From a virus, in IMG/VR virus record IMGVR_UViG_3300042922_000152, positions 3,831-67,830 of that record: DNA of 64,000 nucleotides; one strand, 5' to 3'. The translations under genes and the position numbers were made by a program. Below are positions 58,540 to 64,000 of this stretch, piece after piece; position 1 is the first letter of the stretch, and each line of letters opens with the position of its first letter. The notes beneath the pieces are model-generated. The model was not told where the DNA came from and made no database searches. It worked only from the letters and a program-made list of their open reading frames with translations.

Positions 58540-58551
58540 GGAGGAATCAAC

Positions 58552-58845
58552 ATGGAAGAACAACAAGGTCAAACTGAAGTCAAGAAGGAAGTTGTCGCGC
58601 TGCGTCCTGAAGTCGCATGGTTCGCTGAACAGATGGAACTCACGCTGCGCAAGAATGACGCCAAAGGCGGTTGGGTGTTCACTGACAATCAGTATCTCAC
58701 GAACAAAATTCAGGAACACGCCGAGAAGATCGGCCTGACGCTTGAAGGAGGATTTCCTTCAGCAGTAATCCTTGAGTACGCTGTACACGCTGCGAATTAT
58801 GCAATGATGGTAGGCGACAACGTAGCCGGACCGTACACAAGATAA
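58552..58845 (+). CDS. Phage protein, possible all-alpha NTP-pyrophosphatase-like fold
   Basis: WFAEQME..LRKND.KGGW...ANYAMM. Confidence 0.55.
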   Translation: MEEQQGQTEVKKEVVALRPEVAWFAEQMELTLRKNDAKGGWVFTDNQYLTNKIQEHAEKIGLTLEGGFPSAVILEYAVHAANYAMMVGDNVAGPYTR

Positions 58846-58850
58846 TAATG

Positions 58851-58876
58851 AAGCGCCTCAAAAAAGAGGCGCTTTT
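58851..58876 (+). terminator. Intrinsic terminator
   Basis: AAGCGCCTC-AAAAAA-GAGGCGCTT + T. Confidence 0.8.
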
Positions 58877-58890
58877 CTTCAAGAATTTTC

Positions 58891-58920
58891 TTGACATGTA
58901 AGTGTCAAAAATGATATATT
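58891..58920 (+). promoter_or_regulatory. sigmaA promoter whose -35 is half of a TTGACA-N6-TGTCAA palindrome
   Basis: TTGACA-N18-TATATT with TG extension. Confidence 0.75.
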
Positions 58921-58958
58921 ATATACATAAGGAACACACAAACGGAGGCGATTCACAA

Positions 58959-59141
58959 ATGACAAAAGCTTTTGAAAATATAGATGGTTTATTCGCTACA
59001 GCAAAGCAGCTAACTAATGAAATTTACGATTATGCTGAAGCCAATAACACATTAGAGTATGTAAAAGAAGCGGAGTCTACAGAAGGAATTTTGTGTAACG
59101 TGTACGCTGTAAACGGCGAGTATTACTATTCATTAGCATAA
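58959..59141 (+). CDS. Small acidic protein (60 aa)
   Basis: SD GGAGG; first gene after promoter. Confidence 0.6.
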   Translation: MTKAFENIDGLFATAKQLTNEIYDYAEANNTLEYVKEAESTEGILCNVYAVNGEYYYSLA

Positions 59142-59160
59142 CAAAAGGAGCGGATAAACA

Positions 59161-59328
59161 ATGAACCTGTACTACATCACTTTCAAACTCGGAAGCCGGA
59201 GCATTAAAGTCACTCAACGGGCAATGAACAAGCAAGCAGCGATAGTGGCAGCAAAAGGCAAGTTGACTTGGAGAGAGCGTGACCGCATCACTGACATTGA
59301 GGTCATTGAAGACAAAAACAACATATAA
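59161..59328 (+). CDS. Small hypothetical protein (55 aa)
   Basis: SD AAGGAG; MNLYYITFKLG. Confidence 0.55.
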   Translation: MNLYYITFKLGSRSIKVTQRAMNKQAAIVAAKGKLTWRERDRITDIEVIEDKNNI

Positions 59329-59340
59329 GGCCTTCGGGCC

Positions 59341-59394
59341 TCAAGTAATGCAGCCTACGGCGGTTCCAAGCCCGCGCAAATGCAGAGGACTTGA
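59341..59394 (+). ncRNA. Twister self-cleaving ribozyme (P1 type)
   Basis: P1 UCAAG/CUUGA, UAA, P2 UGC/GCA, AGCC, P4 GCGG/CCGC, loop UUCCAAGC, GAGG. Confidence 0.85.
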
Positions 59395-59417
59395 AAATAC
59401 AAAGGAGGAATTAACAT

Positions 59418-60125
59418 ATGACAACAGAAGTGATGACCTCGGACCTGCAAGTGCAAGGAACCCCTGAAGAGCAGCGCGTTTTCAACTCCGACGTGACAAT
59501 TTCAGAACTGAACAGAGCTTACAGGCTGTTCAATGAACACATCTTCAATAACTACCTCGAAGACGCTTATATCATCGTCACAAGCACAGCGAAGCAGAAG
59601 GCAAATGGTTACTTCACTGTACAGAAGGTGTGGACAGACGTTGAGAATAAGATTGAACGTCACGAAATCGGTATCGGCGCTGAGTACATGAACAGACCTT
59701 TGCTCGAAATCATGAGAACACTGTTGCATGAAATGGTTCACCTGTACTGCGAGAGCAATGAAATTCAGGATACATCCAGGCAGAATCGTTATCATAACAA
59801 GAAGTTCAAGAAGGCCTGCGAGGAAAACGGTATGTTCTATCCTGAAGGCTTCGTACCTGACGACAAGTACGGATGGTCAGCAGCGCAGCTTACACCCGAG
59901 ACTGTTGAACTCGTTAAATCCTGGGAGATCAATGAGGAGGCGTTCAAGCTGTACCGCAAGCGCTTCGACACAGCGCCTAAAGGTGACGACGAGGAAGAGA
60001 AGAAGCCGCGCGTCCTGTTCAACATCAAGCACATGTGCCCCAAGTGCTTCGCAGAGTTCAAAGCGCCTGCGCCTCTCAACGTGACATGCAACGAGTGTGA
60101 AGAGGAATATCTGGTGATGGAATGA
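59418..60125 (+). CDS. SprT-like zinc metalloprotease
   Basis: LLHEMVHL, YHNKKFK, C-terminal CxxC pairs. Confidence 0.9.
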   Translation: MTTEVMTSDLQVQGTPEEQRVFNSDVTISELNRAYRLFNEHIFNNYLEDAYIIVTSTAKQKANGYFTVQKVWTDVENKIERHEIGIGAEYMNRPLLEIMRTLLHEMVHLYCESNEIQDTSRQNRYHNKKFKKACEENGMFYPEGFVPDDKYGWSAAQLTPETVELVKSWEINEEAFKLYRKRFDTAPKGDDEEEKKPRVLFNIKHMCPKCFAEFKAPAPLNVTCNECEEEYLVME

Positions 60126-60136
60126 CAACAAAAATA

Positions 60137-60161
60137 AGGCCTCCTTCTCAGGAGGCCTTTT
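60137..60161. terminator. Bidirectional terminator
   Basis: AAGGCCTCCT/AGGAGGCCTT between convergent genes. Confidence 0.75.
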
Positions 60162-60162
60162 C

Positions 60163-60369
60163 TTATGCTTTATAAGTCCATATGCGCTCAATAGGAACCT
60201 TTAATGCGGATGAAAGTATGAAGGCTGTTTCTAACGAAGGACTCTGTACCTTATTGTTGGCTAATCTGTTGATTGTCTCTCGTGACAGTCCGGACAATTT
60301 TGCAAGTTCAATCTGATCAACGTTAAGCTCAACCATGACGAGCTTCAGTTTGCATTCGAGCATTATCAT
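60163..60369 (-). CDS. Xre/Cro-family HTH regulator
   Basis: QIELAKLSGLSRETINRL..PSLETAF.L..AL; SD on minus strand. Confidence 0.9.
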   Translation of the reverse strand: MIMLECKLKLVMVELNVDQIELAKLSGLSRETINRLANNKVQSPSLETAFILSSALKVPIERIWTYKA

Positions 60370-60446
60370 TCACCCCCTTTGTTGGAGAGATACACACTGT
60401 CACGAGAGCGCTACAAAACGTCGCGGAATTTGTGTGACGTGGAATG

Positions 60447-60474
60447 CACATAAGTGATTTCCGATGCATATGAT
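60447..60474 (+). promoter_or_regulatory. Putative sigmaK-type promoter
   Basis: CACA-N16-CATATGAT. Confidence 0.55.
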
Positions 60475-60499
60475 GTATCAAGAGAGGAGACAAAGACAA

Positions 60500-60757
60500 A
60501 TGAGCAGCGACAGCAAGAGCAAGGAAGGTACAGAGGAGCAAAACGTTGGCGCGGCCTGCTCCTTCTGCAAATGTGACAGTTTTGAAAATTCTCTTTTACT
60601 TCATCGTATTGAAGACGGCTTGTATTTATGTCAACAATGTTCTGACAATTTAAAAAAAGGATGGGATGACGGATGCTTACTATTAACATACGACTTGCTG
60701 AAATTTGGGAATTACAACGGAAGCGTGACCTCACCGAAGCCGAGGAACTCGAACTGA
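60500..60757 (+). CDS. ClpX-type C4 zinc-finger protein
   Basis: CSFC...LYLCQQC. Confidence 0.55.
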   Translation: MSSDSKSKEGTEEQNVGAACSFCKCDSFENSLLLHRIEDGLYLCQQCSDNLKKGWDDGCLLLTYDLLKFGNYNGSVTSPKPRNSN

Positions 60758-60915
60758 AACAATGCCTTCAGGCTAATGCTTCATATGTGCGCAAGCGCTC
60801 TGAGTTCCTGAATTGGATGTATGTCGCCTCTCTTACAAAGGACATCGAAGAGGAAGCGAAGTATGCCGCTGAAATTATCAAGCTTGATATGAAGTATACA
60901 GCAAGTGTCGTCTGA
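60673..60915 (+). CDS. Small helical hypothetical protein
   Basis: RLAEIW..RDLTEAE..EL..CL.AN. Confidence 0.6.
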   Translation: MLTINIRLAEIWELQRKRDLTEAEELELKQCLQANASYVRKRSEFLNWMYVASLTKDIEEEAKYAAEIIKLDMKYTASVV

Positions 60916-60967
60916 GGTCATCAGGAAATAATTGACGCTCTTTTGTCAAAAAAGTTATTCCTCCCTG

Positions 60968-60996
60968 TTGCATTAAAACTTATCATGTAGTATACT
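60968..60996 (+). promoter_or_regulatory. sigmaA-type promoter
   Basis: TTGCAT-N17-TATACT. Confidence 0.7.
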
Positions 60997-61040
60997 ATAT
61001 ATAAAGAGGTTAAGCATAAACGACAGGGAGGAATTTTAAA

Positions 61041-61280
61041 ATGATCAACCTTCAAAAGAAGACTCTTATCGTCGGTGGTACTTACAAGGTCAACAAGGAC
61101 AGCAAGCTCAAAGTGCGCAACAGCAACGTGGCAGAACTCAAGGCAGGCGAAACCTTCAAGCTTCATTACTACGGCATTCCTGTTCTCGTGATGAACGGCG
61201 CAGACGAGGAGCGCTATTGTTCCTTGAACTGCCTGACAAAGCTGCACGAGGCGGGCGCAATCGAAGAAATCCTTCATTAA
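61041..61280 (+). CDS. Hypothetical protein
   Basis: Strong SD after promoter. Confidence 0.6.
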   Translation: MINLQKKTLIVGGTYKVNKDSKLKVRNSNVAELKAGETFKLHYYGIPVLVMNGADEERYCSLNCLTKLHEAGAIEEILH

Positions 61281-61333
61281 TCAAACTGGCTGCGCTTGAT
61301 CAATCAGGCGCAGCCTGAAAGGAGGCAGCGTAC

Positions 61334-61597
61334 TTGGCTAAAATATACCACTATCTGCGCATTATCAAGAAGCTCGACGACATCAGCTACAAAGGTCATA
61401 AGCTCACAGCCAATCAGCGCAGGCTCTATGCAAGGCTTGACAACTGGCGTGACAGAGATTATTGGCGCAAGCAGGAAGAGAAGGCGCGCAAATACAGCAA
61501 GCTCATTGACACATTCACGCTCGGCGAACCTTCACCTGTAGCACCGAAAGGCATTGTAAGTTCTGTTATGCTCAAGAATCATTCTTGTGACACATAG
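61334..61597 (+). CDS. Basic hypothetical protein
   Basis: TTG start with SD AGGAGG. Confidence 0.55.
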   Translation: MAKIYHYLRIIKKLDDISYKGHKLTANQRRLYARLDNWRDRDYWRKQEEKARKYSKLIDTFTLGEPSPVAPKGIVSSVMLKNHSCDT

Positions 61598-61639
61598 GTC
61601 ATATATTAGTAAAATCCTAAACGAAAGGCGGTGACACAC

Positions 61640-61720
61640 ATGAAATTCATCAAATGGATTAAGAGCTTCTTCCCGGCAATGACTGTTGAAAACGGCAATG
61701 TAGATTACTATAACCTGTAA
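61640..61720 (+). CDS. Possible 26-aa peptide MKFIKWIKSFFPAMTVENGNVDYYNL
   Basis: SD AGGCGGTG; fills gap before AbrB-like gene. Confidence 0.4.
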   Translation: MKFIKWIKSFFPAMTVENGNVDYYNL

Positions 61721-61739
61721 GAAGAGAGGAGCGGGCGGG

Positions 61740-62066
61740 ATGAACGTCATATCAACCGGAATTGTAAGGCGTATTGACGACTTGGGAAGGGTAGTTATTC
61801 CAAAAGACATTCGTAGGAAGATGGGGCTTCAACCCGGCGACTGCGTTGAAATGGGCCTTTCAGGTACAGCACTTATTGCTTGGAAATATGAAGCTGACGA
61901 CACAACGCCTGTGAACCTCGGTCAAACGGAAATTGGTGCAATCCTGTTTTGCCTCGCTGATTACAATGAACATGGTCCTGAAAAGGAGTGGAGCCTTGAT
62001 AAGGAGGCGCTGCTGCTCAAGCTCAAGGACGCTTTCACACGCCTGCAAGTTCCCAACTCTGATTGA
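61740..62066 (+). CDS. AbrB/SpoVT-family regulator
   Basis: TGIVRRIDDLGRVVIPKDIRR...GD.VE. Confidence 0.9.
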   Translation: MNVISTGIVRRIDDLGRVVIPKDIRRKMGLQPGDCVEMGLSGTALIAWKYEADDTTPVNLGQTEIGAILFCLADYNEHGPEKEWSLDKEALLLKLKDAFTRLQVPNSD

Positions 62067-62081
62067 AGGAGGACAGCACAC

Positions 62082-62480
62082 ATGCCGTACTGTGCTAATG
62101 CTGAATGTAAGGAGCCTTATGATAAGGTGCTGAATCGAATCTCAGGCTTAACGTACTTCGCTATTGATAACGGCGAGTGGTGCTGTGGCTATGAGTGCTA
62201 CAAAAAGGAAATGGCGAGACGCTTTCAGGTAACGCCCGCATTAGATATGAAGGTCACGCTTGATATTCTCTCTGAGAAGTTAGCGCCCATTGGTATCATG
62301 CCTCGCAAGCTCTGGCTTGAACAACGCTTTGAAGAAGTACGCAGCGCAATACAGCGCTACGAAATGTCTGCGTATCCTGTACCTGAAGAATGGATTTCAG
62401 AACTCTGCTCACTTGCAGAACAGCTTGTACATTTCAAAGAAGAGAGGATGTATGGAAATTGGAAGGCAAATGGCTCATAG
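62082..62480 (+). CDS. Hypothetical protein with Cys-rich N-terminus
   Basis: CANAEC...CCGYEC; LGIMPRKLW-type C-terminal domain. Confidence 0.6.
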   Translation: MPYCANAECKEPYDKVLNRISGLTYFAIDNGEWCCGYECYKKEMARRFQVTPALDMKVTLDILSEKLAPIGIMPRKLWLEQRFEEVRSAIQRYEMSAYPVPEEWISELCSLAEQLVHFKEERMYGNWKANGS

Positions 62481-62956
62481 GTGAAACTGAAATTCCTGCT
62501 TGGCTCATGACTGAAAAGTATGATACGCGAGAGGATGCTATTGCAGCAGGCCTCGAACGCTTCAAAGGCGACGAGTTCGATATCGGTCAGGTCATGACAT
62601 TACCTATTCGCGCTGTAGCAGACGTAGAGGCAGTTCTTGATCACATTCACGAGAATCATGTTGACGAACACGAACTTTACGCCGAGGAAGACGACATATT
62701 TAAACAGGTGACGCCTGAGCAATACAAAGACCTTGACACAAAGCTTCGTGCGGCTATCAGCGCATGGATCACCGAAAACAATATCAAGTCACCTGCCTTT
62801 CAGATCAACGGGGAGACTGTTGAAACAATTCACCCCGATAGCACCAGGTGTGTGCTGTGTAATGAGAATGAAATTGACAAAACGTTGTCAACTCCTTGGT
62901 GTACTCCTTGTTCAGACGATATAAACAAACCTTCATTCGGAAGGCACAAAACATAA
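62459..62956 (+). CDS. Hypothetical acidic protein with C-terminal zinc finger
   Basis: YDTREDAI; CVLC...CTPC; start uncertain. Confidence 0.55.
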   Translation: MEGKWLIGETEIPAWLMTEKYDTREDAIAAGLERFKGDEFDIGQVMTLPIRAVADVEAVLDHIHENHVDEHELYAEEDDIFKQVTPEQYKDLDTKLRAAISAWITENNIKSPAFQINGETVETIHPDSTRCVLCNENEIDKTLSTPWCTPCSDDINKPSFGRHKT

Positions 62957-62964
62957 TTGATTAC

Positions 62965-62992
62965 GCCTCGCAGAAGCGGGGCTTTTTTATTT
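62965..62992 (+). terminator. Intrinsic terminator ending early/middle region
   Basis: GCCTCGC-AGAA-GCGGGGC + T-run. Confidence 0.8.
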
Positions 62993-63109
62993 TTATTTCT
63001 CCCCCATACAAAGCCTGTACAGAACGTGCTATAAGGTGTGAGGTTCATTCGTGAAACACGAGCTACTTTGGAATGTATTAATTGACGGTTTGAAAGCGAG
63101 GCGCGCCAT

Positions 63110-63244
63110 ATGAGGTTCATCATACAAACTGAGTATGCAGAGGAGTGTTATGGCTTCTCATTCGTTGTAGGCAAAGACGATGACGAACGCTGGAAGCTGA
63201 TAATCCTGTTCCTATGCTTCACCATATCATTCTCAGTAAACTAA
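63110..63244 (+). CDS. Possible 44-aa protein
   Basis: MRFIIQTEY...; weak SD. Confidence 0.35.
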   Translation: MRFIIQTEYAEECYGFSFVVGKDDDERWKLIILFLCFTISFSVN

Positions 63245-63246
63245 GC

Positions 63247-63470
63247 CTTGTTACGCTGCTGAAAGGAAGCTCTGTTCCCCCTTCCTGTGTTCTCCTCCAA
63301 GACAATACAGATAAGGCTTGCGCGCAGAGGACACTTAAATGTGTCGTCCCCATCCTCATGGCGTTTATCCTACTGGGAGACGCGAAACGGACCGAGGTCA
63401 ATAATATGAATAGCCTCCGAGCGCTATAGCATACAAGCCTGACAGAGCTTCCTTTCATCAGCATAATAAG
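63247..63470 (+). ncRNA. Putative structured RNA / late leader
   Basis: Long closing inverted repeat with nested stems; no credible ORF. Confidence 0.5.
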
Positions 63471-63509
63471 ACGCATCACACACGACAGAAGAAAGGAGGG
63501 CGCATCACT

Positions 63510-64000
63510 ATGGATCAACTTCCTCAACGAGAAAAGTTCGGACGCAAACCTAAACTAACCATAGACGTAATAAAAGAGGTAGAAATACTCCTCAAGCAAG
63601 GACACTACACGTCAACAATAGCGCAGTACCTCAAGATCAACACAGCAACGTGGTACTTGTGGATAAAGAACGGCGAAGAAGTTCTATCAGCTATAAATGA
63701 GTTAGATGATACATTGACTGCTGAAGAAGTAGACAACGTATTGACCAACTTGAATCCGAATTGGACATTGTACCTGGATTTTATCGAAGCCGTCAATAGA
63801 GCGCAATCTGTAGCAGAAATGCGCAACCTCGAACTCATTACGAAAGCTGCAAAGAAAAGTTGGCAGGCTGCCGCATGGTTCCTTGAGCGTCGTCATCGTG
63901 ACAAATGGGGACAGAAGATTGACGTTGCCTCTAAGAATGTCGATGTCAGCGCACTTGATAGGTTCCTGAACGCTGTGGATACAATAGCAAACACAGATGC
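63510..64000 (+). CDS. Terminase small subunit (truncated by window end)
   Basis: GRKPKLT HTH N-terminus; WQAAAWFLERR..DKWG; strong SD. Confidence 0.8.
   Translation, partial: MDQLPQREKFGRKPKLTIDVIKEVEILLKQGHYTSTIAQYLKINTATWYLWIKNGEEVLSAINELDDTLTAEEVDNVLTNLNPNWTLYLDFIEAVNRAQSVAEMRNLELITKAAKKSWQAAAWFLERRHRDKWGQKIDVASKNVDVSALDRFLNAVDTIANTD

Noticed and set aside
63043-63058. Possible host Spo0J parS site (CGTGAAACA)
   Set aside because: Only one half-site matches TGTTNCACGTGAAACA.
63440-63462. CUGAUGA on the minus strand suggesting a hammerhead ribozyme
   Set aside because: No GAAA after the stem and no three-way junction.

Overview
The window is most of the genome of a tailed phage infecting a spore-forming Bacillota host (Paenibacillus/Brevibacillus/Bacillus-like, inferred from PBSX/skin-type Xkd morphogenesis genes, strong Shine-Dalgarno sites and sporulation-type promoters). 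Almost all genes are on the + strand. Order: portal C-terminus, head, contractile tail and baseplate, fibres, lysis (1-21.6 kb); a ParM/ParR + pilin-like + coupling-ATPase operon (21.8-26.2 kb); a large replication/recombination block (SNF2, initiator, DnaC/DnaB/primase, SSB, PolA, beta clamp, full clamp loader, RecA, ThyX, dUTPase, several sigma-like factors); a CmoA-like / amide-ligase-like / atypical C5-methyltransferase DNA-modification cluster; small accessory genes; and the start of terS. No integrase, tRNA or CRISPR array was seen. Most notable signals: (1) sporulation-sigma-type promoters wired into the ParM-pilin-ATPase operon, with a sigmaG-type antisense 21-aa peptide gene; (2) an 18-bp palindrome TTGACA-N6-TGTCAA dispersed genome-wide, mostly inside genes; (3) a modification cluster whose enzymes end in clamp-binding motifs; (4) ten promoters with fixed spacing, eight with their upstream box in the loop of a terminator; (5) a twister ribozyme; (6) a ~225-nt structured element before terS. 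All calls come from manual motif reading, not database searches.
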